Part shown: positions 28,046-40,512 of the stretch, in pieces | Numbering within the stretch: position 1 is the stretch's first letter | Layout: each line of letters opens with the position of its first letter | Origin: Campylobacterota bacterium | GTDB lineage: Bacteria > Campylobacterota > Campylobacteria > Campylobacterales > Arcobacteraceae | DNA: 57,317 bases | Assembly: GCA_051746405.1 (NCBI GenBank) | Contig: JBNJFB010000011.1 | Location: 1 to 57,317, forward strand | Reading direction: 5' to 3' | Position numbers and translations under genes: made by a program | The notes under the pieces: generated by a model | Database searches by the model: none | The model's input: the letters and a program-made list of their open reading frames with translations, nothing else | What the model was told of the DNA's origin: nothing

Positions 28046-28579
28046 ATGAAATGGAAGATTTCAAAAGAGTTTGATTTTTGTTATGGTCATAGGGTTTGGT
28101 CTCAAAAACTAAATACAGACTTCTCTTTAGATGGATGTTTAAAATGTAGACATCTTCATGGACATCAAGGTAAAATATTAGTCTACTTAGAAGCTAATGA
28201 ACTAAAAGATGGTATGGTAACAGATTTTAAACATCTAAACTGGTTTAAAGCTTTTTTAGATGATATATTAGACCATAAATTTATTTTAGATATAAATGAC
28301 CCACTATTTAACAAACTTCTACCTGATATTACAAAAGATGAGTTAATAAAATTTGACCAAGGCTACTATCTTGTGGATTTGGCAAAGTTTAAAGATGAGG
28401 AGTCTTATATAACAGAGCTTTATGAGGGCTATGTAATAGTTGATTTTGTTCCAACAAGCGAAAATCTATCTGCGTGGTTTTTAAAAATAGTACAAAGGAA
28501 AATGGAAAAAATAGATATAAAAGTATCCCACGTGGAGTTTTTAGAAACACCAAAAAGTAAAAGTACTTTTTATGCTTGA
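28046..28579 (+). CDS. queD: 6-carboxytetrahydropterin synthase
   Basis: CRHLHGH, LDH, PTSENL, ETPKS; between queC and queE. Confidence 0.9.
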   Translation: MKWKISKEFDFCYGHRVWSQKLNTDFSLDGCLKCRHLHGHQGKILVYLEANELKDGMVTDFKHLNWFKAFLDDILDHKFILDINDPLFNKLLPDITKDELIKFDQGYYLVDLAKFKDEESYITELYEGYVIVDFVPTSENLSAWFLKIVQRKMEKIDIKVSHVEFLETPKSKSTFYA

Positions 28580-29327
28580 AATAGATGAAATTTTTGGTCC
28601 CACAATACAAGGTGAAGGGAAACTAATAGGTAGCCCCTCTATTTTTATTAGATTTAGTGGATGTAACTTTAAATGTGAAGGCTTTAAAGTAGAATACAAA
28701 AACTTAAATGAAGAGATAAAGTATGGTTGTGATACATATTATGCAGTTGACAAAAGCTTTAAAAATAGCTGGACAAGATATAACACATACAAAGAAGTAA
28801 TTAATGAAGTTGATAAACTATTACTAAACAGTTTAAAGATAGATATTGTAATTACAGGAGGGGAGCCTTTATTAAACTGGAATAATCAAGAGTTTCAAAA
28901 GTTACTTAAATACTATATAAAAAATAATCATCGTGTTACAATTGAGACAAATAGCTCTTTAAATATAGACTTTAATGAAAGTTATCAAAAAGCTATCATC
29001 TTTTCAATGGGTGTCAAACTTAGTAACTGCAATGAATCTTATAAAAAAAGAGTAAACTATACAACAATAAAAAAGATTTTAAACAACAATAGCCACTCTT
29101 ATTTAAAATTTGCTATAAGTGAAAATTTTATAGATGATGCAACAAAACAAATAGATACTATTTTAGATAATATCCCAAAATGTGATGTGTACTTAATGCC
29201 TATAGGTGAAGATACTAAAACTGTTCAAAAAAACTCATTAGCAGTTTTAGATATGGCTATAAAAAATGGCTTTATATATAGCGATAGATTACATATTAGA
29301 TTATGGAACAATAAAAAAGGCGTGTAA
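28572..29327 (+). CDS. queE: 7-carboxy-7-deazaguanine synthase (radical SAM)
   Basis: TIQGEG, GCNFKC...CDT, TGGEP, ETN. Confidence 0.92.
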   Translation: MLEIDEIFGPTIQGEGKLIGSPSIFIRFSGCNFKCEGFKVEYKNLNEEIKYGCDTYYAVDKSFKNSWTRYNTYKEVINEVDKLLLNSLKIDIVITGGEPLLNWNNQEFQKLLKYYIKNNHRVTIETNSSLNIDFNESYQKAIIFSMGVKLSNCNESYKKRVNYTTIKKILNNNSHSYLKFAISENFIDDATKQIDTILDNIPKCDVYLMPIGEDTKTVQKNSLAVLDMAIKNGFIYSDRLHIRLWNNKKGV

Positions 29328-29390
29328 CAGCTTAATTTAATATTTTTAAAATTAAGATATAATACCCGAAATTTTCAAAAAAGGAATGAG

Positions 29391-30134
29391 ATGAATTTTA
29401 CAGGTTCAAATGTATTAGTAACAGGTGCAAGTAGAGGAATTGGTGCACAAATTGCTAAAACATTAGCTCAATTTGGATTAAAAGTTTGGATTAACTATAG
29501 AAGTGGTGCACAAGCTGCACAAGAGATTAAAGAAGAGATTGAAAATACAGGTGGCAAAGCTGCGATTATAAAAGCTGATGTTACAAGTGAAGATGAGTTT
29601 ACAGCTGCGATTAAAACAATAATTGATGCAGATGGTGAATTATCATATTTAGTAAATAATGCAGGTATTACTAAAGATAAGTTAGCCCTAAGAATGTCGG
29701 TTAAAGATTTTAATGATGTAATTTCTGCAAACTTAACATCTGCATTTATTGGATGTAAAGCGTCACTAAAAGTAATGGGTAAAAAAAGATTTGGTTCAAT
29801 TGTAAATATCTCTTCAATCGTAGGAGAGATGGGTAATGCAGGTCAAACTAACTACTCAGCTTCAAAAGGTGGACTAAATGCAATGACTAAATCATTTGCA
29901 AAAGAAGCAGCCCCAAGAGGTATTAGATACAATGCAGTAACTCCTGGATTTATTCAAACAGATATGACTGATGAATTAAAAGAGGAAGTAAAAGAGGAAT
30001 ATGAAAAAAATATTCCTTTATCAAGGTTTGGACAGCCAAAAGAGATTGCTGATGCAGTTGCATTTTTATTAAGTGATCACTCATCTTATATTACAGGTGA
30101 AATATTAAAAGTAAATGGTGGGTTATACGTTTAA
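29391..30134 (+). CDS. fabG: 3-oxoacyl-ACP reductase
   Basis: TGASRGIG, NNAGI, YSASK. Confidence 0.95.
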   Translation: MNFTGSNVLVTGASRGIGAQIAKTLAQFGLKVWINYRSGAQAAQEIKEEIENTGGKAAIIKADVTSEDEFTAAIKTIIDADGELSYLVNNAGITKDKLALRMSVKDFNDVISANLTSAFIGCKASLKVMGKKRFGSIVNISSIVGEMGNAGQTNYSASKGGLNAMTKSFAKEAAPRGIRYNAVTPGFIQTDMTDELKEEVKEEYEKNIPLSRFGQPKEIADAVAFLLSDHSSYITGEILKVNGGLYV

Positions 30135-30228
30135 TAAACTTTAACCTAAACTAAAATTTATAGATTTAAAAGACTTTTTAAAATCTTTTTAGTTATAATA
30201 CAGTGATAATTTTATAAAAGGAAAAAAA

Positions 30229-30459
30229 ATGGCATTATTAGATGATGTAAAAGAAGTAGTAGTAGAGCAATTAGATTGTGATGCTTCAGAGATTAAAGAG
30301 GATTCAAAATTTATTGAAGATTTAGGAGCTGATTCATTAGACGTAGTTGAGTTAGTTATGGCACTTGAAGAGAAGTTTGACATTGAAATCCCTGATGAAG
30401 ACGCTGAGGGTATTTTAACTGTTGCAGATGCTATGAAATACATCGAAGATAACGCGTAG
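30229..30459 (+). CDS. acpP: Acyl carrier protein
   Basis: DLGADSLD. Confidence 0.97.
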   Translation: MALLDDVKEVVVEQLDCDASEIKEDSKFIEDLGADSLDVVELVMALEEKFDIEIPDEDAEGILTVADAMKYIEDNA

Positions 30460-30480
30460 TAATTTACGCTTAAGTTTTAT

Positions 30481-30510
30481 AGAAGACTAATTATATTAGT
30501 CTTCTTTTTT
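30481..30510 (+). terminator. Rho-independent terminator after acpP
   Basis: AGAAGACTAAT-tat-ATTAGTCTTCT followed by a T-run. Confidence 0.75.
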
Positions 30511-30601
30511 ATTTAAAAAATATATATATTATTTTAAGTATTGAATTTTATAATATTAATTGAAAATTGAATAGTTTAAATAATGAAATGGAGCATATTT
30601 A

Positions 30602-31855
30602 ATGAAAAGAGTTGTTGTAACAGGAATTGGTACGATAAATTCTACAGGTAACAATGTAGAAGAGTCTTTCAACGCGGTAGTAAATGCAAAATCAGGTATA
30701 GATAATATCACTCTGTTTGATGCAAGTAATTATTCAGTAAAAATTGCAGGTGAGGTAAAAGATTTTGATCCTACAACTGTGATGGATAAAAAAGAGGTAA
30801 AAAAAGCTGATAGATTTATTCAATTAGGTATTAAAGCTGCAAAAGAGGCTATGAGTGATTCAGGTTTTGTTAATGATGAAAATAAAAAAGTAGATGACTC
30901 TATTGCTAATAGATTTGGTATAATCTCTGCATCTGGTATTGGTGGTTTATCAACAATTGAGAAAAACTCTGTTGTTTGTGCTAATAGAGGTCCTAGAAGA
31001 GTATCACCATTTTTTATTCCATCATCATTAGTAAATATGCTAGGTGGATTTATATCTATTGAACATAACTTAAAAGGTCCTTCACTATCCCATGTAACAG
31101 CTTGTGCAGCTTCAACACATGCAATCTCTGATGCGGCTAAAACTATTATGCTAAATGGTGCTGATAGAATTTTAGTAGTAGGTGCAGAGAGTGCTATTTG
31201 TGGAGCTGGTGTGGGTGGATTTGCCTCAATGAAAGCATTAAGTTCTAGAAATGATGAACCACAAAAAGCTTCAAGACCATTTGATAAAGATAGAGATGGT
31301 TTTGTTATGGGTGAAGGTGCTGGAGCTTTAGTTTTAGAAACATTAGAGTCTGCACAACAAAGAGGTGCAAAGATTTATGCAGAGGTAATTGGTTTTGGTG
31401 AGAGTGCTGATGCTAATCATATCACATCACCTATAATTGATGGACCTTTAAGATCAATGACAGCAGCTATGGAAATGGCAAAAAACACAATAGGTGAAGA
31501 GATTAAAATTGATTATATCAATGCCCATGGTACTTCAACACCAGTTGGTGATGTAAATGAAACAAAAGCTATCAAACAACTATTTGGAGACAATACTCCT
31601 CTTGTTTCTTCAACAAAGGGACAAATTGGTCACTGTTTAGGAGCAGCTGGTGCTATTGAAGCAATTTTTGCTATTAAAGCTTTAAATGAAGGAGTTATTC
31701 CTCCAACTATTAACCTAGATAACCCAGATGAGCAGTGTGATTTAGACTATATTCCTAATACAGCTAGAAAAGCTAATTTAACTACTGTTATGAGCAATAA
31801 CTTTGGTTTTGGTGGGACTAATGGTTCTGTAATATTTAAGAAATTTGAAAAATAA
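30602..31855 (+). CDS. fabF: Beta-ketoacyl-ACP synthase II
   Basis: TACAAS, HGTST, GHCLGAAG, FGFGGTN. Confidence 0.95.
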   Translation: MKRVVVTGIGTINSTGNNVEESFNAVVNAKSGIDNITLFDASNYSVKIAGEVKDFDPTTVMDKKEVKKADRFIQLGIKAAKEAMSDSGFVNDENKKVDDSIANRFGIISASGIGGLSTIEKNSVVCANRGPRRVSPFFIPSSLVNMLGGFISIEHNLKGPSLSHVTACAASTHAISDAAKTIMLNGADRILVVGAESAICGAGVGGFASMKALSSRNDEPQKASRPFDKDRDGFVMGEGAGALVLETLESAQQRGAKIYAEVIGFGESADANHITSPIIDGPLRSMTAAMEMAKNTIGEEIKIDYINAHGTSTPVGDVNETKAIKQLFGDNTPLVSSTKGQIGHCLGAAGAIEAIFAIKALNEGVIPPTINLDNPDEQCDLDYIPNTARKANLTTVMSNNFGFGGTNGSVIFKKFEK

Positions 31856-31872
31856 ACACAATCCAATCATTT

Positions 31873-31898
31873 AAAAGAGTATTAAATACTCTTTTTTT
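31873..31898 (+). terminator. Hairpin after fabF
   Basis: AAAAGAGTAT-taa-ATACTCTTTT followed by Ts. Confidence 0.6.
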
Positions 31899-31913
31899 AA
31901 GGGGAGATATAAC

Positions 31914-32849
31914 TTGGCATCTTATTTAGATTTTGAAGACAAAATTAAAAAAATTGAAGAAGATATTATTGTAGCTAAAACAAAAGCTGATGAACATGCA
32001 GTGGAGATTTTAGAAAAAAAACTTGAAAAAGAGGTTGAAAAGACCTTTAAAAACTTAAGTGATTATCAAAAACTTCAATTAGCAAGACATCCTAATAGAC
32101 CTTATGCTATGGACTATATAAATGAATTATTAACAGATGCTTATGAAATACATGGAGATAGACATTATGTAGATGATAATGCTATTGTATGTTTTTTAGG
32201 GTATATGGGTGAACAAAAAGTTATGGTAATAGGTGAGCAAAAAGGTAGAGGAACCAAAGATAAAATTCATAGAAATTTTGGAATGCCAAGCCCTGAAGGA
32301 TATAGAAAAGCATTAAGAGCTGCAAAACTTGCTGATAAATTTCAAATCCCTATTTTAATGTTAGTGGATACTCCAGGTGCCTACCCAGGTATAGGTGCAG
32401 AAGAGAGAAACCAAAGCGAAGCAATTGCTAAAAACCTATATGAGTTTGCTGATTTAACTACTCCAACAGTTTCTATTGTAATTGGTGAGGGTGGTTCAGG
32501 TGGTGCACTAGCTATTAGTGTTGCAGATAAACTTGCTATGATGAGATACTCTGTATATGCAGTTATTTCACCTGAGGGTTGTAGTGCAATTTTATGGAAC
32601 GACCCATCAAAAGTTGAAACAGCTGCAAACGCTTTAAGAATAACTGCTGAAAACCTAAAAGAGCTAAAATTAGTTGATGATATTGTTAATGAGCCACTAA
32701 TTGGTGCTCACAGACAAAAAAGTGAAGCCATAAAAGCACTTGGAGAGTATTTTATTAACACTTTAGAGGAGTTAAAACAGTTAACACCTGCTCAAAGATA
32801 TCAAAAAAAGTATGAAAAATTAATGGCTCTTGGTTCATTTAATGAATAA
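31914..32849 (+). CDS. accA: Acetyl-CoA carboxylase carboxyltransferase alpha
   Basis: [22 protein letters not shown]. Confidence 0.97.
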   Translation: MASYLDFEDKIKKIEEDIIVAKTKADEHAVEILEKKLEKEVEKTFKNLSDYQKLQLARHPNRPYAMDYINELLTDAYEIHGDRHYVDDNAIVCFLGYMGEQKVMVIGEQKGRGTKDKIHRNFGMPSPEGYRKALRAAKLADKFQIPILMLVDTPGAYPGIGAEERNQSEAIAKNLYEFADLTTPTVSIVIGEGGSGGALAISVADKLAMMRYSVYAVISPEGCSAILWNDPSKVETAANALRITAENLKELKLVDDIVNEPLIGAHRQKSEAIKALGEYFINTLEELKQLTPAQRYQKKYEKLMALGSFNE

Positions 32850-32881
32850 AAAGTAGAAAACAAGAAGTTTAAAACCTCTTG

Positions 32882-33214
32882 TTATCTAACAAGTTTTCCT
32901 ACAGGCTCCCCACCTATTAAGTGAAAATGCAAGTGTGCTATTTCTTGACCACCATGGTCACCTATATTTGTAATTAATCTATATCCATCTTCTTTTATCT
33001 TTAGCTTTGATGCAACCTTTTGAATAAACTCTGTCATCTTACTCATTACCCTTGGAGGTACCACATCAAACGAGTCATAATGCTCTTTTGGAATAATCAA
33101 AACATGAATTTTTCTTGTGGGATTAATATCATTAAAGGCTAAAAATTCTTCATCTTCAAGAACTGTTTCATTTGGAATCTCTCCCTTTACGATTTTACAA
33201 AATATACACATCAA
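32882..33214 (-). CDS. HIT family nucleotide-binding protein
   Basis: CIFCKI, HLHFHLIGG. Confidence 0.93.
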   Translation of the reverse strand: MMCIFCKIVKGEIPNETVLEDEEFLAFNDINPTRKIHVLIIPKEHYDSFDVVPPRVMSKMTEFIQKVASKLKIKEDGYRLITNIGDHGGQEIAHLHFHLIGGEPVGKLVR

Positions 33215-33322
33215 AACTCCTTTTTTTTATTGTAAAAATATTATAACCAAACTCTAATAAATTTTTAAGTATAATCTTTTAATTTAGTAAGTATTATTAT
33301 ATTTAACCGTAGGAGAAAGTAA

Positions 33323-34315
33323 GTGAAAGAGTGGATTGAAAAGATTGAAAATTCAAGTTCTTTAGATGAACTTGAAAACTTTAGGGTACAGACCTTAGGT
33401 AAAAAAGGGGTACTTACTTTAGAGTTTGCAAAAATGAAAACAATACCAAATGAAGAGAAAAAAGAGTTTGCTCAAAATTTAAATAAGCAAAAAGCCTCAT
33501 TAACCCAAGCTATTGAAAAAACTAAAACAGTACTTGAACAAAAAGCCTTAGAGGAAAAACTAAAAGCTGAAAAGATTGATGTAACTAAATTTAACAATAA
33601 TTTATCTTGTGGAGCAACGCACCCTGTTGTTGAAACAATGAATAGAATTATTACATATTTTCAAAATTTAAATTTTGCAGTTGAAGAAGGTCCTTTAGTT
33701 GAAGATGATTTTCACAATTTTGAAGCATTAAATCTTCCAAAGTATCATCCAGCAAGGGATATGCAAGACACATTTTATAATAAAGACTACACTCTTTTAA
33801 GAACACATACCTCTCCTGTACAAATAAGAACAATGCTTAAACAAGATACTCCAATTAGAATGATTGCCCCAGGAACTGTTTTTAGAAGGGATTTTGATTT
33901 AACCCATACTCCAATGTTTCATCAAATTGAAGCTTTAGTAGTTGATGAGCAAAACAAAGTCTCTTTTGCTAACTTAAAGCATGTTTTAGTTGAGTTTCTA
34001 CATCATATGTTTGGCGATGTTGATGTAAGATTTAGACCATCTTTTTTCCCATTTACAGAACCAAGTGCAGAAGTTGATATTTCATGTGTATTTTGTAAAG
34101 GGGATGGATGTAGAGTGTGTTCACATACGGGTTGGCTTGAAGTATTAGGCTGTGGAGTTGTAGATGAAAATGTATTTAAAGCAGTTGGATATGAAAATAA
34201 ATCTGGTTATGCGTTTGGATTAGGTGTTGAAAGGTTTGCGATGCTTATTCACAATATTGGTGATTTAAGATCGTTATTTGAAAGCGATATGAGACTATTA
34301 GGACAATTTAAATGA
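33323..34315 (+). CDS. pheS: Phenylalanine--tRNA ligase alpha
   Basis: [23 protein letters not shown]. Confidence 0.97.
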   Translation: MKEWIEKIENSSSLDELENFRVQTLGKKGVLTLEFAKMKTIPNEEKKEFAQNLNKQKASLTQAIEKTKTVLEQKALEEKLKAEKIDVTKFNNNLSCGATHPVVETMNRIITYFQNLNFAVEEGPLVEDDFHNFEALNLPKYHPARDMQDTFYNKDYTLLRTHTSPVQIRTMLKQDTPIRMIAPGTVFRRDFDLTHTPMFHQIEALVVDEQNKVSFANLKHVLVEFLHHMFGDVDVRFRPSFFPFTEPSAEVDISCVFCKGDGCRVCSHTGWLEVLGCGVVDENVFKAVGYENKSGYAFGLGVERFAMLIHNIGDLRSLFESDMRLLGQFK

Positions 34316-36633
34316 TTATTACAAAAAGCTGGTTAGAAGAATTTATAGATATATCAGAAATTTCTACAGATGAAATATGCAAGAGTTTAAACTCTATTGG
34401 ACTAGAAGTTGATAGTGTACAAAAAGCAGATATTCCATCAAATGTAGTTATTGGTAAAGTTTTAAGTAAAGAAAAGCACCCCGATGCGGATAAATTAAAT
34501 ATATGCCAAGTTGATGTTGGTGAAGAGAAACTACAAATAGTTTGTGGTGCAAAGAATGTAGATAAAGACCAATTTGTACCTGTGGCAAAAGTGGGAGCGA
34601 ATCTAGGTGATGGCTTTAAAATCAAAAAAGCAAAACTAAGAGGTGTTGAATCAATAGGTATGATTTGTTCTTCTACTGAAATTGGTTTACCAAAACTAAA
34701 TGATGGTATTTTAGAGTTAGATGACTCTATTGGTAAACTAACAATTGGAAAAGAGTTAAATGAGTACAAGCTTTTAAATGATGATATAATTGAAATAGAG
34801 CTAACAGCAAACAAAGGTGACTGTTTAAGTATAAATGGTGTAGCAAGAGAGCTTAGTGCATACTATAATATCCCATTAAAAGAGTTTGAAAAAAATGTAA
34901 CTTATAATGAATATGGTATAGGACAAGTTCTTGAAGTAGAGTGTGATAGCTCTATTGACTCTTCAGTTATATATAATGCTGTTGATTTTGATAACTATAA
35001 GCTACCACTTTCTTATAAGTTAAAAGTTGCAGCTACTAATAAATACATAGATAAAAATGATATATCAAATACTATTTCATATATTACGCACTCAACGGGT
35101 GTTATTTTAAATGCATACTCAAAAGATAAAACAGACAATATAAAAAACTTAAATCTTTTACATATTAATAAAGACAAAAACGGTTTTGATGTTGTTTATG
35201 GTAAAGAAAAGTTAAGTCAAATTGCAATTGAGCATAAAGATATAGAGCCATCTAATGAAAACTTTATAATTGAAGCTTCTTATATAGAACCTGAACTATT
35301 AGCTAAAAAGGTTTTTGAGACAAAAGTAAAAACAGGTGAAATATACTATAGAACATCAAGAGGTAGTGAACCTAATATTGAGTTTGGAATTGACTACTTC
35401 ACAACATTTGTATCAAAATTTGGAGCATTAGTTTATAAAGGTGCAGAAACTTTTATAGAAGATAAAGAGAAAGAGACTTTAGATGTTGATATAAATAAAG
35501 TAAACTCAATAATTGGTCAAGAAATAAAAAAATCAAAAATTGAAAGAATTTTAAAATCCCTAGGTTTTGAAGTTAAAGATGGAGCAAATGGCATTTTATC
35601 AATTAAGATACCTCTTTTTAGACATGATATAAAAAATATAGCAGATATAACAGAAGAGATTGTAAGAATAATTGGAATAGATAATATTCAAGCTAAACCT
35701 TTGATGATTGATGAAGTTAATAGAGTAAATAAAACTTCAATTGATTATATTAAAAATAATAAATTAAGATATAAAGCAATAGAGAATGGCTTTTTTGAAA
35801 CACTAACTTATGTTTTTGCATCAAAAGAACAGTTATTGAAGTATAGACTACCTACAGTTGAAAGTAGACTTGATATCTTAAACCCAATAGCAAAAGAGTT
35901 AGATACATTTAGAACTACTATTGTACTTAACTTAATTGAAGCTTGCTCTAATAACTTTAAAATAGGTGCAAAATCAACTGCTTTTTTTGAAATAGGAAAA
36001 GTGTTTAACAAAAAAAGAGAAGAGAGCAAGAAAATTGCATTTATTCAAACAGGATTTAAAGAGCAAGAGAGTATTTCAAACAATGGTAAGCCACAGAGTA
36101 TTGACTTTTTTTCATTCTCTAAAAAGATTTTAAACACAGTTGGAAAATTTGAGTTAGAACCAATGAGTGAGATAACAGATGATTTAATCCATCCTTATCA
36201 AAATGCAAAAGTTATTATTGATGGAAAAGTTGCTGGTTTTATAGCAAAGTTACATCCAAGTGTATGTGAAGATTTTGATTTAAATGATACCTTTATAGCT
36301 CAAATTGATTTTGATATGATTAAAGATGATTTAGTCACAGTTAAAAAATACTCAAAATTTCAATCTTCTAAAAAAGATTTAAGCATAATAGTACCAAAAT
36401 CATTAGAGTATAAAAAAATCAAAGACCAAATAAACTCTTTAAATGATAAAAATATAAAACAGTTTAATCTTATTGATATATATGAAGATGAGAAATTAGG
36501 TGATAATGAAAGTTTAACTATTAGATTTATACTTCAAAATGAAGAAAAAACATTACAAGATGAAGATATCAATAAATCTATGGATAATATATTAGCAGTA
36601 TTAAATGAAAAATTAAATTTAAAATTAAGATAA
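34312..36633 (+). CDS. pheT: Phenylalanine--tRNA ligase beta
   Basis: [19 protein letters not shown]; follows pheS. Confidence 0.96.
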   Translation: MIITKSWLEEFIDISEISTDEICKSLNSIGLEVDSVQKADIPSNVVIGKVLSKEKHPDADKLNICQVDVGEEKLQIVCGAKNVDKDQFVPVAKVGANLGDGFKIKKAKLRGVESIGMICSSTEIGLPKLNDGILELDDSIGKLTIGKELNEYKLLNDDIIEIELTANKGDCLSINGVARELSAYYNIPLKEFEKNVTYNEYGIGQVLEVECDSSIDSSVIYNAVDFDNYKLPLSYKLKVAATNKYIDKNDISNTISYITHSTGVILNAYSKDKTDNIKNLNLLHINKDKNGFDVVYGKEKLSQIAIEHKDIEPSNENFIIEASYIEPELLAKKVFETKVKTGEIYYRTSRGSEPNIEFGIDYFTTFVSKFGALVYKGAETFIEDKEKETLDVDINKVNSIIGQEIKKSKIERILKSLGFEVKDGANGILSIKIPLFRHDIKNIADITEEIVRIIGIDNIQAKPLMIDEVNRVNKTSIDYIKNNKLRYKAIENGFFETLTYVFASKEQLLKYRLPTVESRLDILNPIAKELDTFRTTIVLNLIEACSNNFKIGAKSTAFFEIGKVFNKKREESKKIAFIQTGFKEQESISNNGKPQSIDFFSFSKKILNTVGKFELEPMSEITDDLIHPYQNAKVIIDGKVAGFIAKLHPSVCEDFDLNDTFIAQIDFDMIKDDLVTVKKYSKFQSSKKDLSIIVPKSLEYKKIKDQINSLNDKNIKQFNLIDIYEDEKLGDNESLTIRFILQNEEKTLQDEDINKSMDNILAVLNEKLNLKLR

Positions 36634-36646
36634 TTAGGAAGAAAAA

Positions 36647-37924
36647 GTGAAAAATTTAAGTATTAAAAGCATAAAGAAACCTTTTGACATTGAAATAGAT
36701 TCAATAGCTAGTGATAAATCAATCTCTCATAGATGTGCTATGTTTTCACTTTTTTCTAATAAAACATCTTATATTAAAAACTATTTAACCGCTGAAGATA
36801 CTTTAAACACTCTAAGTATAGTAGAACAACTAGGTGCAAAAGTTATCAAAAATGGCTCAAATATAGAGATAACTCCACAAGGTAAGCTTTCAGAACCAAG
36901 TGATGTTTTAGATTGTGGCAATGCTGGAACTGCAATGCGACTTTTTTGTGGACTTTTAGCTTCAGTTGATGGAGCTTTTAGTCTAAGTGGAGATAAATAC
37001 TTAAGAGCAAGACCAATGAAAAGAGTTGCACAACCTTTAAGAAGTATAGGTGCAAATATCGATGGTAGAGAAAATGGAAATAAAGCTCCGTTATTTATAA
37101 GAGGAGTTAAGGAGCTAAAGCCATTTGAGTATATCTCACCAGTTGATTCAGCACAAGTTAAATCTGCTATGATTTTAGCAGCATTAAGGGCAAGTGGTGT
37201 ATCAAGATATAAAGAGAATGAACTTACACGTGACCATACAGAAAGAATGCTAAAGGGTATGGGAGCAAAACTCGAAAAAGATGATGAAGGGTTTATAAAT
37301 ATTCATCCTTTAAAAGAACACTTAAAACCATTAAATATAAATGTTCCTACAGATCCAAGCTCTGCATTCTTCTTTGCAGTTGCTGCTGCAATTACTCCAA
37401 ACTCAAGGGTATTAATAAAAAATGTAACATTAAATCCAACAAGAGTTGAAGCATTTGTAGTATTAAAAAAAATGGGTGTAGAAGTAAACTTTATTCAAAA
37501 AGAGAATATTTATGAACCTATTGGAGATATTGAAGTAAAACATAAAGAATTAAATGCCATAACAGTAGAAAAAAATATCTCTTGGTTAATTGATGAACTA
37601 CCTGCCCTTTCAATTGCAATGTCACTAGCAAAGGGAAAATCAGTTGTAAAAAACGCAAAAGAGTTAAGAGTAAAAGAGTCAGATAGAATAACATCAGTTA
37701 TTAATAATTTAAAAAAATGTGGTGTAAACTATACTGAATTTGAAGATGGATATGAAATTATAGGAAAAGAACTAAAACCTGCAACAATAGACTCATATGG
37801 AGATCATAGAATTGCAATGAGCTTTGCTATTGCTGGACTTAATTGTGGTATGGATATTAATGACACTTCATGCATTGACACCTCATTTCCAAACTTTAAA
37901 GAGATACTGGACTCCTTATACTAA
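36647..37924 (+). CDS. aroA: EPSP synthase
   Basis: DKSISHR, SAQVKS, RDHTE, KESDRI, DHRIAM. Confidence 0.97.
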   Translation: MKNLSIKSIKKPFDIEIDSIASDKSISHRCAMFSLFSNKTSYIKNYLTAEDTLNTLSIVEQLGAKVIKNGSNIEITPQGKLSEPSDVLDCGNAGTAMRLFCGLLASVDGAFSLSGDKYLRARPMKRVAQPLRSIGANIDGRENGNKAPLFIRGVKELKPFEYISPVDSAQVKSAMILAALRASGVSRYKENELTRDHTERMLKGMGAKLEKDDEGFINIHPLKEHLKPLNINVPTDPSSAFFFAVAAAITPNSRVLIKNVTLNPTRVEAFVVLKKMGVEVNFIQKENIYEPIGDIEVKHKELNAITVEKNISWLIDELPALSIAMSLAKGKSVVKNAKELRVKESDRITSVINNLKKCGVNYTEFEDGYEIIGKELKPATIDSYGDHRIAMSFAIAGLNCGMDINDTSCIDTSFPNFKEILDSLY

Positions 37925-37942
37925 AATACCTTAAGGATTAAT

Positions 37943-38788
37943 ATGAAAGTAAAATTAGCTTCAAACTATGGATTTTGTTTTGGTGTTAAAAGAGCTATAA
38001 AAATAGCAGAATCTTACAAAAACTCTGCTACAATAGGGCCTTTAATACATAATCAAGATGAGATAAATAGACTTAAAAAAGACTATAAAGTAGGATTGTA
38101 CGAAAACTTAAATGATGTAAAAGATAATGATACAGTAATAGTTAGAACCCATGGGATTCAAAAAAATGACTTAAAAGAGTTAAAATCAAAAAATGCAAAA
38201 GTTATAAATGCAACTTGCCCTTTTGTTACAACCCCTCAACAAATAGTGAAAAAAATGTCAAAAGAAGAGTACTCTATCTTAATTTTTGGAGACTATACAC
38301 ATCCTGAAGTAAAAGGTGTGAAATCTTATGGGCAAGATTTAGAAGATGTACATGTGGTAATGGATATAGATGAGATTTCAAATATAAACTTTAAGCATAA
38401 TAAGATAGCAACAGTAGCTCAAACTACAAAGAAAAAAGAGAAATACTTAGAGATCGTAAACTATTTAATTTTAAGAAATAAAGAGGTTAGAGTATTTAAT
38501 ACTATCTGTGATGCGACTTTTGAAAACCAAGATGCAGCTAGGGATTTATCTAAAGAGGTTGACGTAATGGTTGTTATAGGTGGGAAAAACTCATCAAATA
38601 CAAAACAACTTCACTCAATATGTAAAGAAAACTGTAAAGACTCCTATTTAATAGAAAATAAAGATGAATTAAAGACTAATTGGTTTAAAAATAAAAAAAT
38701 TTGTGGCGTTACAGCAGGAGCTAGCACGCCTGATTGGATTATTCAAGAAGTAGTTACAAAAATTGAAAGTATTAACCAGGTTATTTAA
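37943..38788 (+). CDS. ispH: 4-hydroxy-3-methylbut-2-enyl diphosphate reductase
   Basis: GFCFGV, ATCP, TICDAT, SSN, TAGASTP. Confidence 0.96.
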   Translation: MKVKLASNYGFCFGVKRAIKIAESYKNSATIGPLIHNQDEINRLKKDYKVGLYENLNDVKDNDTVIVRTHGIQKNDLKELKSKNAKVINATCPFVTTPQQIVKKMSKEEYSILIFGDYTHPEVKGVKSYGQDLEDVHVVMDIDEISNINFKHNKIATVAQTTKKKEKYLEIVNYLILRNKEVRVFNTICDATFENQDAARDLSKEVDVMVVIGGKNSSNTKQLHSICKENCKDSYLIENKDELKTNWFKNKKICGVTAGASTPDWIIQEVVTKIESINQVI

Positions 38789-38845
38789 GTATCTTTGTTG
38801 TATAATGTACCTATTTAATTAAAACGGTAAATATGAAGGAATAAA

Positions 38846-40501
38846 ATGGGTATCGAAGATATTGATTTAGGTGAAGACTTTGATTTTGAGCAAATGCTTA
38901 ATGAGTCTTTTGAGAATGCTGAGAATAATTCTGTAGTCGATGGTGTAATTGTTGAAATTTCTAATGATAGAGTATTAGTAGATGTTGGTCAAAAAATTGA
39001 AGGTCAACTAAATATTTCAGATATTACAATAAATGGTGAAGTAAGATATAAAGAGGGAGATACAATCCCTGTAATGATTATGGGTACAAGAGGTGAAAGA
39101 CCAAATGTATCACATAAAAAAGTACTTCAAAAAGAGAAGTTTGATGCTTTTGTTGCTAAACATGGTGAAGAAGTTGAAGATGTTACAATCGAGGGTAAAG
39201 TAATCTCTGTTAAAAATAGAGGTGGATTTATCATTGAAGATGATGAGGGGTGTGAATACTTTATGCCAATGGCTCAATCTTACTTAAAAGCTCATGGGGC
39301 TATTGGTAAGAAAGTTAAAGCAAAAGTGTTAAAAGTTAACTCTGCACAAAACTCAATTATAGTTTCAAGAAAAAAACTAATTGAAGAAGCAAAAGAGATT
39401 AAAGAGAAAAAAATCAATGAAATTGTTGAAAATGATGAGCCGGTAAATGGTACAATTAAAAAAATAACATCATATGGTATGTTTGTTGATTTAGGTGGAG
39501 TTGATGGTTTAGTAAACTACAATGAAATCTCTTACAAGGGCCCTGTTAACCCAGCTAATTATTATAATGAAGGTGATGAAGTTACAGTTTCTGTAGTATC
39601 TTATGATAAAGCTAAACAACACTTAAGCCTATCAATTAAAGCTGCATTACCAAATCCATGGGAAGAGATTAAAAACGAACTTGAAGTTGGTGACACTATT
39701 ACTGTTACAGTTTCTAATTTTGAATCATATGGTGCATTTGTTGATTTAGGAAATGATATTGAAGGTTTACTACATATATCTGAAATTTCATGGAATAAAA
39801 ATATTAAAAATCCAAAAGATATTTTAACTCTAGGTGAAGAGATAAATGTTGAAGTAATTGAGCTTGATATTGACAAAAAAAGATTAAGAGTATCTTTAAA
39901 AAACCTACAAGAAAAACCATTCTCTAAATTTGAAAAAGAGTATAAAGCTGGAGATGTTGTAACAGGTAAAGTTGCTACTTTAACAGACTTTGGTGCTTTT
40001 ATTACAATTGGGGAAGTTGATGGATTACTACATAATGAAGAGGCTTCATGGGAGTCAAATGCTAAATGTAAATCAATGTTTAAAAAAGGTGATGAAGTAG
40101 AAGTAAAAATCATCAAGATTGATTCACAAAAAGAGAATATTTCATTATCGATAAAGGAAATAGCAGACTCACCTGCTAAACTATTCCAAGATACGCATAA
40201 AGTTGGAGACATTGTAAAAGGTCCTATTAAAGATAGAAAAGATTTCGGTGTATTTGTTAAATTAGCTGATAATCTTGATGGACTTATTAGGAATGAAGAC
40301 TTTGGACCATTGGAAGATCAAGAGTTTAATAATGGTGATGAGATTGAAGCTGTTGTAGTAAACATTGATACAAAGAGAAATAGAGTAAGATTATCAGTTA
40401 AAAGATTAGAGCAGCAACAAGAAAGAGAAGTTCTAAAAGCTGTAAATGATGACTCATCTATGACTTTAGGTGATTTACTAAAAGACCAAATTAAAAACTA
40501 G
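38846..40501 (+). CDS. rpsA: 30S ribosomal protein S1
   Basis: Repeated S1 domains (YGAFVDLG, GLLHISE). Confidence 0.97.
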   Translation: MGIEDIDLGEDFDFEQMLNESFENAENNSVVDGVIVEISNDRVLVDVGQKIEGQLNISDITINGEVRYKEGDTIPVMIMGTRGERPNVSHKKVLQKEKFDAFVAKHGEEVEDVTIEGKVISVKNRGGFIIEDDEGCEYFMPMAQSYLKAHGAIGKKVKAKVLKVNSAQNSIIVSRKKLIEEAKEIKEKKINEIVENDEPVNGTIKKITSYGMFVDLGGVDGLVNYNEISYKGPVNPANYYNEGDEVTVSVVSYDKAKQHLSLSIKAALPNPWEEIKNELEVGDTITVTVSNFESYGAFVDLGNDIEGLLHISEISWNKNIKNPKDILTLGEEINVEVIELDIDKKRLRVSLKNLQEKPFSKFEKEYKAGDVVTGKVATLTDFGAFITIGEVDGLLHNEEASWESNAKCKSMFKKGDEVEVKIIKIDSQKENISLSIKEIADSPAKLFQDTHKVGDIVKGPIKDRKDFGVFVKLADNLDGLIRNEDFGPLEDQEFNNGDEIEAVVVNIDTKRNRVRLSVKRLEQQQEREVLKAVNDDSSMTLGDLLKDQIKN

Positions 40502-40512
40502 GATGTTACTAA

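Noticed and set aside
27371..29327. queCDE as a DNA 7-deazaguanine modification (dpd) system
   Set aside because: No dpdA/tgt paralog nearby; embedded between moeA and fabG, consistent with ordinary queuosine synthesis
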